Notes: generated from the sequence alone by a model not told the origin. A DNA stretch of 64,000 nt from Thainema sp. (GCA_052168235.1 JBQLZK010000027.1:19536-83535); one strand, 5' to 3'. Shown: positions 40,956 through 51,335, counted from the stretch's first letter. Translations and numbers: made by a program.

Positions 40956-41411
40956 ATGACGCGACCCGACAAAGATCTAGAAGACCTATTTAAGCTAGCG
41001 GACAAGATCGGCAACAAGCGATATAACCGACTCACTCGCCAGGACTTGGCGGACTATCGCAAGTTTGACCATTGGCGCTACGTCAATGGCGATATGGAGT
41101 GTGGCACGACGCAGGAAAGCAAAGATTGGGCCAGAGATAATTCAGACTGGCACTGTCCAATTTGCGCTGCACGATTTAGCGATGTGGGTGGTCGAACAAT
41201 TGATCATAAGCTGTCGCGTTCCCAATACCCGTGGCTTTCGCTAGACTTCAGAAATTTGTGGGTGATTTGTCGGGCCTGCAATCGAGAAAAGGGCGAGATG
41301 CACTGGTACGAGTATGAGCATTATGTTTTTGTTAACTACCCTGAGCGCTATCGAGATATTTGCCTTTATCGGCCAACTCACTTAATTAAAGAACTGAGAT
41401 CTAAGAAATAG
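40956..41411 (+). CDS. HNH endonuclease
   Basis: CPIC...TIDHK...YPWLSLDFRNLWVICRACNREKG. Confidence 0.88.
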   Translation: MTRPDKDLEDLFKLADKIGNKRYNRLTRQDLADYRKFDHWRYVNGDMECGTTQESKDWARDNSDWHCPICAARFSDVGGRTIDHKLSRSQYPWLSLDFRNLWVICRACNREKGEMHWYEYEHYVFVNYPERYRDICLYRPTHLIKELRSKK

Positions 41412-41493
41412 AAAGCGCGATCGCACCACCTGCATCGTAAATAAAATGGCACAATAAAGGACTGCGGTTTATTGAGAAGAGGCAGATTTCCCC

Positions 41494-42129
41494 TTGGCAC
41501 CTGTTCGAGTTCGTCAGCATGTTAATCCCCTGAGCGCCGCCTATCAGCGACCGATTGAGTTGCCGGATTGGTCAGTTTTGTATGAGAAACCGGATCGTCC
41601 GCTGCACGTCGATATTGGCTGTGCGCGGGGCCAGTTTTTGCTGGACATCGCTCAGCAGCAGCCGGACTGGAACTTTTTGGGGCTGGAAATTCGGGAGCCG
41701 CTGGTGCATCAGGCCAATGAGTTTCGGCAGTCGCTGGGGCTGACAAATCTGTATTTTCTGTTTTGCAATGCCAATGTGTCGCTGGGGCAGATTGCTCAAA
41801 CTTGGCCGACGCAGCGGGTGGATCGGGTGTCGATTCAGTTTCCCGATCCGTGGTTTAAGAAACGCCACCAGAAGCGGCGAGTGGTGCAGCCGGAACTGGT
41901 GGCGGATTTAGCGGAGTATTTGGTGCCTGACGGCATTGTGTTCTTACAGTCCGACGTTGAGGAAGTGGCGCAAGAAATGTGCGATCGCTTTTCGGAGCAT
42001 CCGGCATTTCAGCGCTCATCTGAGGACTGGTTGCCGGACAATCCCCTGGGTGTTTCAACGGAGCGGGAAGATTTGACCCTGTCGCGGGGAGATGCGGTGT
42101 ATCGGGCCATTTTTACAAAGGTTGCCTAG
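41494..42129 (+). CDS. trmB: tRNA (guanine-N7)-methyltransferase
   Basis: VRVRQHVNPL, DIGCARG, FPDPWFKKRH. Confidence 0.96.
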   Translation: MAPVRVRQHVNPLSAAYQRPIELPDWSVLYEKPDRPLHVDIGCARGQFLLDIAQQQPDWNFLGLEIREPLVHQANEFRQSLGLTNLYFLFCNANVSLGQIAQTWPTQRVDRVSIQFPDPWFKKRHQKRRVVQPELVADLAEYLVPDGIVFLQSDVEEVAQEMCDRFSEHPAFQRSSEDWLPDNPLGVSTEREDLTLSRGDAVYRAIFTKVA

Positions 42130-42932
42130 TGAGACGGTCGCTTACTGCGATCGCGGAATAGAGCCACAGCCCAGATGATTAATAATATGGCGGCCAGCAC
42201 ATAGGCAGTAATGCTGACGCTTGCGGTCGCTGCACTTTGGGCAACGGCGATGGCAATTAGTGCCCAGATGATGACGCCTGTAAATACGGTGTCGAGATAT
42301 TGAACGGCCAGGATCGCACCAATAACTGTGGCAATTGCCATCATGATAATCGTCCAGGTTTCCGGTGCGAGTCCCCAGCCGTTCCAGTTGATGGTAAAAA
42401 GTGCGATCGCAACATTGACGATGGTGGCGACGGAAATCCAGCCCAGGTAGAGGCTGAAGGGTCGCTGGACGCACCATTTCTCGGTGCGGGTGAAGCGCCG
42501 CTGATTAGGTCGAATTTGCAGGTAAGCCACAATCAGCGGCACTAGGATTGCCAGCATGGCGATCACCGACAGCCAAAACTGCTCGTAAAGGAAGAGGAAA
42601 ATCCAGGCAATTTGAGCAATGCAGGCCACAATTAAGCTGTAGTCAACCGTTCGAAGAATCGGTCGATCTCGCTGCGTGACGCGGAGCTGGTAGATGCCGT
42701 AGGCGACTAGTCCGAGGTAGATGAGTCCCCAAATGGCAAAGGCGTAGTTGGCGGGAATAATCAGCACATCGCGAAAAACGGTGTTAGCTAGGTCTCCTAC
42801 CGTTCGGCCTTGGGGTGGGGCGAGGTTCGACCAGGTATTGACGATGAGGGTGCCGACAATGGCTGCTAGGGTACCCCATTGCAGAGCTGGGGATAGATCA
42901 GAAGTCGAAGAATGAGAAGAATCAGAGGTCAT
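42126..42932 (-). CDS. Tryptophan-rich sensory (TspO-like) membrane protein
   Basis: PANYAFAIWGLIY, SLYLGWISVATIVN. Confidence 0.75.
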   Translation of the reverse strand: MTSDSSHSSTSDLSPALQWGTLAAIVGTLIVNTWSNLAPPQGRTVGDLANTVFRDVLIIPANYAFAIWGLIYLGLVAYGIYQLRVTQRDRPILRTVDYSLIVACIAQIAWIFLFLYEQFWLSVIAMLAILVPLIVAYLQIRPNQRRFTRTEKWCVQRPFSLYLGWISVATIVNVAIALFTINWNGWGLAPETWTIIMMAIATVIGAILAVQYLDTVFTGVIIWALIAIAVAQSAATASVSITAYVLAAILLIIWAVALFRDRSKRPSH

Positions 42933-43247
42933 CGTTTGAATAGGAATGAGTATAGAGAGTGGGCTTTATGTTCAGAGCTTTTTGAAGAGATGAGTGAGGG
43001 GGAAAAGAGTGGGAGGGTGGGAGAAAGGGAGCCTTTTCATTTTGAGGTTTAGTTTTGAGTGTTTAGTTTTGAATTCACTCATGACTTTACTTACGTCTGA
43101 ATTTTATCGTTCTCCTTTGACTGATTTCCTATTCCGTAGGCACGAAAATTTAGGCGGCAATCTGATCGTCTTGGGGTTCAGTGGAGTCATCGAGATGGGT
43201 GACTATGCGCGATCGCAGTTTCCGTTTCATCGGTTGGCACAATCTGC

Positions 43248-43590
43248 TTGCTGGCCGGACGTGCGATCGCAGCCGACGTAACCGAGTGTACGACGATGGC
43301 GGCTGAACCCCAAGAGCATTACTTACCTGTGAATGCCGCTAATGTTCACTGGGGGTATTTCAGCCAGTCCCTAGAGCCACGCTTGGTGATTAATTCCGGT
43401 GACGTGATGACTGTGGAAACCCTAACCCACCATGCCAATGACGACGCATCGCTGCACGGTTGAGCAGAACTATGATGTGTTGGAAGGGGTGCAGGTACCG
43501 ATTCGACCTCACTTTGGCGTGATTGGCTTGGCTCCAGCGGAAGCGGATTTTGTCGATTCTGTTCCTCCCAGCTATTTCGGTGGCAATTAG
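43248..43590 (+). pseudogene. Acetamidase/formamidase family remnant
   Basis: VHWGYFS...VETLTHHA joined out of frame to PIRPHFGVIGLAP...PPSYFGGN, then a stop. Confidence 0.78.
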
Positions 43591-43619
43591 CGGCTGAATC
43601 AATCGACGAAAACTAGTTT

Positions 43620-43722
43620 TATATCAAGTCGGGTTGAAAACCCATAATTTATTGTTTGTGAAACGTTTGCGGAGCAAACGTTTCACAAACAATAAATCGG
43701 GTTCTTATACACAGATTTGATA
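43620..43722. repeat. Small palindromic element family D, copy 2
   Basis: Long perfect hairpin with GCGGAGC apex. Confidence 0.8.
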
Positions 43723-43806
43723 TTAGTGCTTGGGCAGCATGTAATACCTGCTGTTCAAGCATTATTCTGGGGTATTGATCCCTCAATTTGCCAAAGGGCG
43801 GAATAC

Positions 43807-44151
43807 ATGTTGAAGCCCATTATCCTGCTGACGATTTCCAATGTCTTTATGACGTTTGCCTGGTATGGGCATTTGAAAAACATGAGCAGTGCGCCGCTGC
43901 TAGTTGCGATCGCATCGAGCTGGTTGATTGCGTTCTTTGAATATTGCTTTCAAGTGCCAGCCAATCGGCTCGGGGCCGAGTTTTTCAGTTTGCCGCAGCT
44001 CAAGGTGATGCAGGAAATTATTACGATGCTGATCTTTGCCGGGTTCAGCGTGTCCTACATGAAAGTGCCGCTGACGCGCAATTACTTTTTGGCCGCCATG
44101 CTGCTGGCCGGAGCTGCCTACCTGATTTTCAGTGAAAAAGCCCCATCGTGA
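43807..44151 (+). CDS. DMT family (DUF486-like) small membrane protein
   Basis: SNVFMTFAWYGHLK, FFEYCFQVPANR, QLKVMQE. Confidence 0.88.
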   Translation: MLKPIILLTISNVFMTFAWYGHLKNMSSAPLLVAIASSWLIAFFEYCFQVPANRLGAEFFSLPQLKVMQEIITMLIFAGFSVSYMKVPLTRNYFLAAMLLAGAAYLIFSEKAPS

Positions 44152-44212
44152 GCTGTGCGACTGATTCAGAAACCGAGCTTCTTGGGCTATTTCTCGGGCT
44201 AGGTGTTTACGA

Positions 44213-45346
44213 TTAGCTACCCTGCTTGAGAAACCCGGTTTCTATTCGGCGGACAAGTGGTAGTCCAACATAACTAATCAAATCTAGTGCCAGTAACCAG
44301 CCCACCAGCGTGAGCAACGCCGTGAGGATGAAGGCCGTTCTGCTCGTGGCAGATTGGGCAGCTTCTAGCGTTGACCAGGATGGCCAACTCGGTAAGTAGT
44401 AGACCGTGACGGTGTCGCCTTCTTGGATGCTGGCGTAGTACCTGGCCTTAACCGAGGCTCGTTTCGTATACGTTTTGCCCGTTGGCGCTTGATAGCGATA
44501 GCGCAGGTAATAGTTCGTGTTCACGATGCCGCTTTCGGACTCATAGCTCAGACTGGTGAATTTGTCTTGCACTGTGGCTGGGGTTGGTTCACCCCACTGC
44601 GCCATACCTGCCTCGACGGTAAAGGGAATGACCCAGAGACAGATCATGACGTACAGAATACCGATGCCGACTAAAAGCAACGACACAGGACGAGAGAAGA
44701 AACTCTTTTGCCGCACGACCAGCCACTCGAAAAAGACGGACATTCCCCACAGAAGCGGAACCAGACCCGTGAGTAACAGCAGGAGTACCATCAGAGATCT
44801 GAAATCCTGCATGTCAGCCTGAGCCAGGGTTTGAATCGCAGCCATACGGGACAGGATGATAACTGCGATCGCAACTAGGATACTGCCAGTTATTTTTGCG
44901 ATCGCAAGCCAGCGGGGTTCCGGTGGCGTCAGCGGTTTGCGATCTTTCGTTGGTTGAGCAATAGCTTGCAGTGCCTGATAAATGGCATCAAAGCGCTCAT
45001 CTTTCACTCCGGCCCATTTGGCAACGCTGTGGGTTTGTCCAGACGCATTTTTCAGAGTAATGACGGGTTGACTCTCGTCCGGCAGACCGGCTCGCTCATC
45101 GGGCTGAATTGTCAAAAAATCATGGTCAATGAGCAGTTGTTTCAGTTCGTTGGTTTCATCAGAGTTGAGTGAAACCCAATACTTCTGCTGTCGCTGCTTT
45201 GGCTCAATTCGCGTCACCGTTGCCCAGCCGCTACCTTTTACTTCTAGTTTGACGCCACCATGCAGCGCCTGCACATCCTCTAATGAGACGACAGTGTTGT
45301 ACCATCTGTAGTCCGCGCCCAAAAACTCACTGGTTGCGTTTGACAT
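44213..45346 (-). CDS. Membrane protein with C-terminal DUF3592-like domain
   Basis: Soluble N-terminal domain, TM helices, YYLRYRY...GDTVTVYYLP. Confidence 0.65.
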   Translation of the reverse strand: MSNATSEFLGADYRWYNTVVSLEDVQALHGGVKLEVKGSGWATVTRIEPKQRQQKYWVSLNSDETNELKQLLIDHDFLTIQPDERAGLPDESQPVITLKNASGQTHSVAKWAGVKDERFDAIYQALQAIAQPTKDRKPLTPPEPRWLAIAKITGSILVAIAVIILSRMAAIQTLAQADMQDFRSLMVLLLLLTGLVPLLWGMSVFFEWLVVRQKSFFSRPVSLLLVGIGILYVMICLWVIPFTVEAGMAQWGEPTPATVQDKFTSLSYESESGIVNTNYYLRYRYQAPTGKTYTKRASVKARYYASIQEGDTVTVYYLPSWPSWSTLEAAQSATSRTAFILTALLTLVGWLLALDLISYVGLPLVRRIETGFLKQGS

Positions 45347-45352
45347 CTAGCC

Positions 45353-46894
45353 TCACCACTCCTCGTCCGCATCGATTGGATCACAGAGCCACTGAGTCGC
45401 AAAATGGGTGCGAAACACAGGTTCCGCTAGGAGCAGCAGCAGTCGCTGATCCGGTTCTGCCAGACTGACTGTATCACCATCCCACACCAGCCGATCTTTT
45501 TGGTCTAAGTACATGGCTGCTGTTGCATCCAGCACCCGTTTCTCCGCTTCTCCGTCAACTAAAATGCGCTGATGCTCAATCAGTTCCGCCACAAAGGTCA
45601 GCGCTACATTCAGCGTTTCCAAACTCAGGGCAGGCGATGCCTCTGTGATTTGCCACATGCCGTCTTGCACTTGGCCGCTATACAGCGCCCGCCCCACAGC
45701 CGGATTAACATCATCGTCATCTAAGTCTGGTGTCATGGCCAGAATTAGCATTGAACCATCCGGGATATGGGTTAAACCGGACGCAGCGATTTGGGCTGCA
45801 TTCCAGGTGAACCAGCCGCCCGTATTCGGAGGTGGCCCGAGTGCCCAGGTCACTGATCCTTGATTTACACCTTTGTGAACAACGGCACATTCTGGTGAAG
45901 GTTTGGGTGGAGCCCAGGACTCATCGGCTGTTATCCACAGCTCAAAGCGAGGGGGGGAATCCGCGCAGAGTGCCGTCATCCAGTAGATATAAGATGCACT
46001 CGTCGGTGCGAGTTGCCGCTGGCCTCCAATTAGCGGCTGTAACAGGTCTCCGCTCCAGGTTTCGATAATCTCAATTAGCTCCGTCGCAACGGGCGGTTCC
46101 ACGATAGGTTGAGGCCGCGACAGGATGCGATCTAGAAACGATTCCAGCTCTGGATCTGGCACGGTTGCAGTCAGCCCCAGCGGAAACAGATCAGGCATTC
46201 GCTGCCCTGCATCATAGTCAAACCAGCCCTCTGGCGGCGATTCAGGGACAGCTCCAGAAAACGGCGTGATGTGAATCAAGAAGCCAATCGCGCTGGCCGC
46301 ATTGAGATCAAGACTGAGGCGACCTTCTCGAACGCTAGCCGCAACGTTGTGCCACAGATCTTCATGCCCTGGATCGTCTTCTCCGGAGTATTCCAGCATT
46401 TTGGCCAGCCAGACGGGGAAGGCTCGTTCTGGGTAGCAGCGCCGAAAGAATGCGCCCGGTTTATCGCTGGCTCGACTAAGAATCTGGCGACCGTTCATAG
46501 AGCCAACGTGGGCATAAACATCCACCCGCCAACTACCTGGGGAGGCTTGCACCACGGCCACGCTGTCTCCATCCTCATCTGGGGCGTGATCCTCCTGCCA
46601 CCAGGCCAGCACATCCGGATCAAACCCACCCATGACCAGCAACCGCCCATCGGGGGTTTCAATGCGCCCGGATACATGAGCTAGCCACTGGGCTTCTTCT
46701 TCAGGCAGCAGCGGTTCATTCACGACCAAACGCACGGGTATCGAATCATCACCGTACAGCTCCAGCAGAAGCACTTGGTGAGCCATCACGTAGTCCAGCT
46801 CTTCCAAGCGTTCATTGATAATGGCTGAGGCTGCCGAGGCCGCCAGCACACTGAACCCACCCGAATCATTCATAATGAAGACATCGCGCCGCAC
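45353..46894 (-). CDS. Hypothetical protein (acidic, 513 aa)
   Basis: Long ORF after AGGAGG; no motif recognised. Confidence 0.7.
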   Translation of the reverse strand: MRRDVFIMNDSGGFSVLAASAASAIINERLEELDYVMAHQVLLLELYGDDSIPVRLVVNEPLLPEEEAQWLAHVSGRIETPDGRLLVMGGFDPDVLAWWQEDHAPDEDGDSVAVVQASPGSWRVDVYAHVGSMNGRQILSRASDKPGAFFRRCYPERAFPVWLAKMLEYSGEDDPGHEDLWHNVAASVREGRLSLDLNAASAIGFLIHITPFSGAVPESPPEGWFDYDAGQRMPDLFPLGLTATVPDPELESFLDRILSRPQPIVEPPVATELIEIIETWSGDLLQPLIGGQRQLAPTSASYIYWMTALCADSPPRFELWITADESWAPPKPSPECAVVHKGVNQGSVTWALGPPPNTGGWFTWNAAQIAASGLTHIPDGSMLILAMTPDLDDDDVNPAVGRALYSGQVQDGMWQITEASPALSLETLNVALTFVAELIEHQRILVDGEAEKRVLDATAAMYLDQKDRLVWDGDTVSLAEPDQRLLLLLAEPVFRTHFATQWLCDPIDADEEW

Positions 46895-47106
46895 CGTGAG
46901 CCTCCTTTGGCTGGTCTGTTGCTGCTGCTGGGTTGGTACCTCTACACATCGCCCCCTATGAAGAGTCGCAACGATTTAGTGGTGACGATAGAAAATTATT
47001 GTAGCGGCATGTGGTGCAGTGTCATTATGGTCGCACTGATTGACCGCTGGAAAGTTGCGATCGCAGATTTACAATAGTTAGACTTTCCAGTAGGTTTCGC
47101 TCTAAG

Positions 47107-48264
47107 GTGTTTGGATTGAGTAGTCCTTCTGACCAGCGCATTTCCATATCTTTTCAATCACTGCTGCTAATTTTTGCGGCCATTCCGGTGCTGATTATAA
47201 TTTGGCAGATCCGGAGCCTCATTTTGGTCGTGATGATTTCAGTCGTCTTAGCCTGCTCCATTGCCCCCATTGTGGATTGGGCGGCGCGCTGGCGAATCCC
47301 GCGCTGGCTGTCCGTCGTGCTAGTGTACGTTACCCTGATCTCTGGCCTGATTGGGGTGATTTTGCTGATTGGCCCGACCGTCTTCGAGCAAATTGAGCGC
47401 TTGATTCGGCAGCAGCCTGTCTATTTGCGGCGACTGTTTAACGCTGCCGAAGAGTGGGCCATTGGCTTCAGCGATACCAATCCCGAACTGGTCAACCAGG
47501 TTTTTGATCGATTCCTAGACGTGCAGGCGCTGACCAGCTGGGCCTTTCGCTCCAGTCAGCAGCTCTTGGCCCGCTCCTACAGCGTCACCACAGGCATCGT
47601 CGGCGGTGTAGTCAGCTTGGTGTTATCGCTGTTTATTTCCGGTTACATGCTGGCCGATAGCCGTACGCTGACCCGTAATTTAGTTCGCCTGCTCCCCCAG
47701 CCTTGGGAAGATCGGCTGGCCGCTCAGATTGCGCCAATGAGCTATCGAATTGGCAGCTATATTCGTGGCCGAGTACTGGTTTCGGGCATTCTGGGTGTTG
47801 TTATCACAACCACACTGAGCTTTTTAGGGCTATCAGATTTTGCTCTGGGCTTAGGTGCGATCGCAGGTGTTACTAACTTGATTCCCTTTTTGGGACCTGT
47901 GTTAGGCGCGATTCCAGCCTTAATCGTGGCCGTATCCCAAAGCTGGTGGACATTTCTCTGGGTGCTGCTGCTCTATGTGATTATTCAGAATTTAGAAACC
48001 TACGTCCTGGATCCACTATTGGTCGGCTCATCGGTTGGTGTTCACCCGCTTTACCAGCTTCTAGCCGTACTCGGCGGCACCCAGGTACTGGGAATTATTG
48101 GCGCACTAATTGTCCCGCCTTGGGTAGCAGGCGCGGCAGTACTATTAGATAATCTCTATCTTCAGCCTAAGCTCATGGCTGAAAAGCAGGCCAAATCCTT
48201 GGAGGACGGGCTGTCGAAGCGGATGAATGCTCCAGCCAATCCACCTAAATCAACTCCTGTATAG
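47107..48264 (+). CDS. AI-2E family transporter
   Basis: NLIPFLGP, IQNLETYVLDP, VHPL. Confidence 0.9.
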   Translation: MFGLSSPSDQRISISFQSLLLIFAAIPVLIIIWQIRSLILVVMISVVLACSIAPIVDWAARWRIPRWLSVVLVYVTLISGLIGVILLIGPTVFEQIERLIRQQPVYLRRLFNAAEEWAIGFSDTNPELVNQVFDRFLDVQALTSWAFRSSQQLLARSYSVTTGIVGGVVSLVLSLFISGYMLADSRTLTRNLVRLLPQPWEDRLAAQIAPMSYRIGSYIRGRVLVSGILGVVITTTLSFLGLSDFALGLGAIAGVTNLIPFLGPVLGAIPALIVAVSQSWWTFLWVLLLYVIIQNLETYVLDPLLVGSSVGVHPLYQLLAVLGGTQVLGIIGALIVPPWVAGAAVLLDNLYLQPKLMAEKQAKSLEDGLSKRMNAPANPPKSTPV

Positions 48265-48272
48265 CGTCAAAA

Positions 48273-50420
48273 TCAGCTATGCCGCGTAGACGAAAAATGC
48301 GAATAGATATGCTGTTCAAAAATGCGGCGAATATCGGCTGGCTGGCCTTTCAGCATCGGATCGTAATCCGCTTGCACAGAAATACAGTACGCTGCCGTAC
48401 GGGGCTGAATTTGAGGTAACCAAGCTGTATGAATCGTGTAGCCAAAGTCCAAATCGGGGTGGCTGAGGCGGCAGATTGGGCCTTGATGGAGGGCTGCGGC
48501 GTCAAATAGCCAGAGTTCCTTTGCCGTTTGAGACACAACCGTGCAAAGGATATAGCCATCAAGTTGTGGATCGCATTTAGGATTGGGCGGCGTGCGGGGA
48601 ATAAACTGGGGAGAACTGACAATATGGGTATGCCAAACGGAATCATTGGCCATAGACCCATTGGCCATAGAGCCATTGGGTTGCGATCTCAACGGAAACT
48701 CATACACATCCGCAATTTCCATCGTGGCGGTATCCACCCGCAATAGGGATGACGGTCGCTCGATGGTAGTTTCAGACGCTGCCAACACCTGTTCAACCGG
48801 AACCATGCGGTATGGATAGTCGCGATAGCGCTCCAAAATAAATTCCGACAGTAGTTCTGGCCAAAAGCCAAAGGATTGCCAAAATAAATGACGAATTTGC
48901 TGCACAGGTTGGCCATCCGGTTGGCTATCGCGATTAGCATACAGCCCCATCCCCCACAGATGGCGAGCGTCATGCACCACCTTGGATTCAATTAAACGCG
49001 GTTTGATCTGAGACATGTCGATGATGTACCGTCCCAGGCGACCGACATCCATTGCCCCAACGGCAATCATCCCTTCCAGGGCCGCATTGAGCGGCTGGCT
49101 CGGATCATAGGCCGACTGATCGTAGCGGCGCACCCATTCCGATACATCGGTGGCGCATTCATGGGCCATGTGCAGCGTGAGCTGCCCCTTGGCATTATCA
49201 TAATCCGCCAGAAAATGAGCCGTTTCCAGCGGTATCTCTAGCGGATAAGCAACTACCTTAACTTCCGCCTCCTGCCTGGCGGGATGCTGTCCCATCGTGA
49301 GCTGATTGCGATGCACAATGTACAGTTTGGTGTTGGGCGATTGAGGCCGAGTTAATAGCGATCGCAACAGGCGTTCGGTCGGCAGACTATCAGGTAGCGG
49401 ATTATTGAGGATCTGCTCCAAGCCAAACTTGAGACAGGTATCCATAATCACTACATAATCGCGGCTGACAGCGATTTGGTGCATGGTCTGCTCAATCCGC
49501 ACCGGACGACCATCCGGTAATATCAGTCGCCAACGTTCTACATCGCCCTCTCCATCCCAGCGAATCAAATAGACAAAGTCCTCCACCCCCAGTAGCTGTG
49601 CAAAAACAGCTTGTATACCATCAATCACCCATTGCCCCAAAGCCCTCAACGGACTGAACAATATCTGCACAATCCACTGATCGTTGAAAAACGCTGCAAT
49701 TTGCCGCAGCAGTTCCTCTAGCTCATGCGGCAGCACGTCTAGGTCATAGATGGCGGGAATCGTTTCAATAAAATTAGTCAGCGAGCGACCATAATTAACC
49801 GTAAAAAACTGGCCCGTTACACCATCAAACGCTGGATGAGCCGTACTCAACACGGGAGCAAACGGAACGCCCAGTTTAGCGCCTGGTCGCCATTCCTGAT
49901 TAGACCCCACTGGCGTGACAACTGCTAACGAAACCGGATCAATCTCATAGGGACGTCCACCATCAAATGTGATCGCTAATCGCGTTGATTGATTCCCCCC
50001 AAACTGCATTGGCACAAACGCCGTATTCAGCTCGTCCCGCATCCCTAACTTGGGCGAAAACCTGGCCATGCCGTGATCTTGAAACTGGTAATGCTCAAAG
50101 CGGCTACCAGGGCGAGTCGCGACATCGGCATAGTAGCAGGGTGATTTCGCTAATCGTGTCGTTAAATTGACCTGTCCAGGCTGGTCAAAATCTAGTCGGT
50201 AAATCAAGCCGTTGCCATTCCAAATATGGGTACCGCTAGGGTTGGGCAATCCATTTGACGTGACAGAGCCAACGGGCGCAACAATGAATGCGTGACCACT
50301 TATATCGGTAGGCAACGCCCCTGCCACCACGTTCAGTTGCAGATCACTCAGTTCCGCATCACGAGCCTGCATCATTGCAAGCGGAAACGGTGGCCAGTTG
50401 GCAGACATTGATTGGGTCAT
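48273..50420 (-). CDS. Carotenoid oxygenase family protein
   Basis: NGNGLIYRLDF, TAHP, MHQI, TIHTAW His motifs. Confidence 0.85.
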   Translation of the reverse strand: MTQSMSANWPPFPLAMMQARDAELSDLQLNVVAGALPTDISGHAFIVAPVGSVTSNGLPNPSGTHIWNGNGLIYRLDFDQPGQVNLTTRLAKSPCYYADVATRPGSRFEHYQFQDHGMARFSPKLGMRDELNTAFVPMQFGGNQSTRLAITFDGGRPYEIDPVSLAVVTPVGSNQEWRPGAKLGVPFAPVLSTAHPAFDGVTGQFFTVNYGRSLTNFIETIPAIYDLDVLPHELEELLRQIAAFFNDQWIVQILFSPLRALGQWVIDGIQAVFAQLLGVEDFVYLIRWDGEGDVERWRLILPDGRPVRIEQTMHQIAVSRDYVVIMDTCLKFGLEQILNNPLPDSLPTERLLRSLLTRPQSPNTKLYIVHRNQLTMGQHPARQEAEVKVVAYPLEIPLETAHFLADYDNAKGQLTLHMAHECATDVSEWVRRYDQSAYDPSQPLNAALEGMIAVGAMDVGRLGRYIIDMSQIKPRLIESKVVHDARHLWGMGLYANRDSQPDGQPVQQIRHLFWQSFGFWPELLSEFILERYRDYPYRMVPVEQVLAASETTIERPSSLLRVDTATMEIADVYEFPLRSQPNGSMANGSMANDSVWHTHIVSSPQFIPRTPPNPKCDPQLDGYILCTVVSQTAKELWLFDAAALHQGPICRLSHPDLDFGYTIHTAWLPQIQPRTAAYCISVQADYDPMLKGQPADIRRIFEQHIYSHFSSTRHS

Positions 50421-50713
50421 AATTCATCCAGAAGCAGAACCAACACAGATCCTATATTGATGGATTGATGGGCGATCCTCAAAAGATAATGACTTTTTGC
50501 TGTACCGGCTATTGCCACAAAAATCACTATCTGAATAGGATTGCCTACCGATTTAGAATACGCGAGAGGTTAGATGACTATGGTTCTACCTTGACTTGTC
50601 TTTAGCTTCTGGAAAAGACAGACTACCGTCAGGCACAAAACAAAAAAGTGCCGTAAAACGACACTAATCTGTGAATTGCGACATTTAATGTGCGAATGTA
50701 CAGTACAACAGAA

Positions 50714-50786
50714 TGCCAGGAGGCGGACTTGAACCGCCGACACGAGGATTTTCAGTCCTCTGCTCTACCGGCTGAGCTATCCCGGC
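50714..50786 (-). tRNA. tRNA-Phe(GAA)
   Basis: GCCGGGATAGCTCAG...CTGAAAA...GGTTCAAGTCC...CCTGGCA cloverleaf; CCA not encoded. Confidence 0.97.
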
Positions 50787-51014
50787 GCGCGATTGATTAA
50801 CGCTTTATTAAAGTAACAAACTTAACGAAAGGATGCAAGATGTTTTGCAAAAAATCTGAGGCAGTTGGTGAGGCGCGGAGATGTGCGATTTTCTACAAGA
50901 CAGCAACGCCGATCTCACATCTGCCCAAACTGCCAAAATCCGAAACCTCACTCTTCAGGTTTTACGCTAAGCTAGCTAGTACTTCCGCATTACGATGCAA
51001 GTTAGGACAAGATT

Positions 51015-51329
51015 ATGGCTGTTAGTACCCTGGATCAGCAGCATCCCCTTTGGAATCAGGATCGCCAGATTGTTAATACTTTACTGAATGGACAGCCTAC
51101 CGATATGAATTTAGCGGAGGCTGCACGGCTCCGTATTCGTTATCAGGGCTTTCCAGGAGCACGAGACATTCAGCAAGATCTGGATACGGTGCTGCAAAAC
51201 TGGAATTTGACCGAAGACGCTTTATTTGAGAAAACCCGCCAGATTCATGCGGGGACACCTGTGTATGTTTGCCAAGGGCGAAGTGCTTCTCGCCGTGAGG
51301 GCAGTTGGGCGGATATGGCGGAGGAATAG
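51015..51329 (+). CDS. DUF3288-like protein
   Basis: DQQHPLWNQDR, ARLRIRYQGFPGARDIQ. Confidence 0.8.
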   Translation: MAVSTLDQQHPLWNQDRQIVNTLLNGQPTDMNLAEAARLRIRYQGFPGARDIQQDLDTVLQNWNLTEDALFEKTRQIHAGTPVYVCQGRSASRREGSWADMAEE

Positions 51330-51335
51330 AATCAA

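Noticed and set aside
48644..48679. 15-nt duplication (NGSMA x2) in the carotenoid oxygenase
   Set aside because: In frame and probably a neutral loop expansion.
50420..50714. Genomic island integrated at tRNA-Phe
   Set aside because: No duplicated tRNA 3' end or integrase found.
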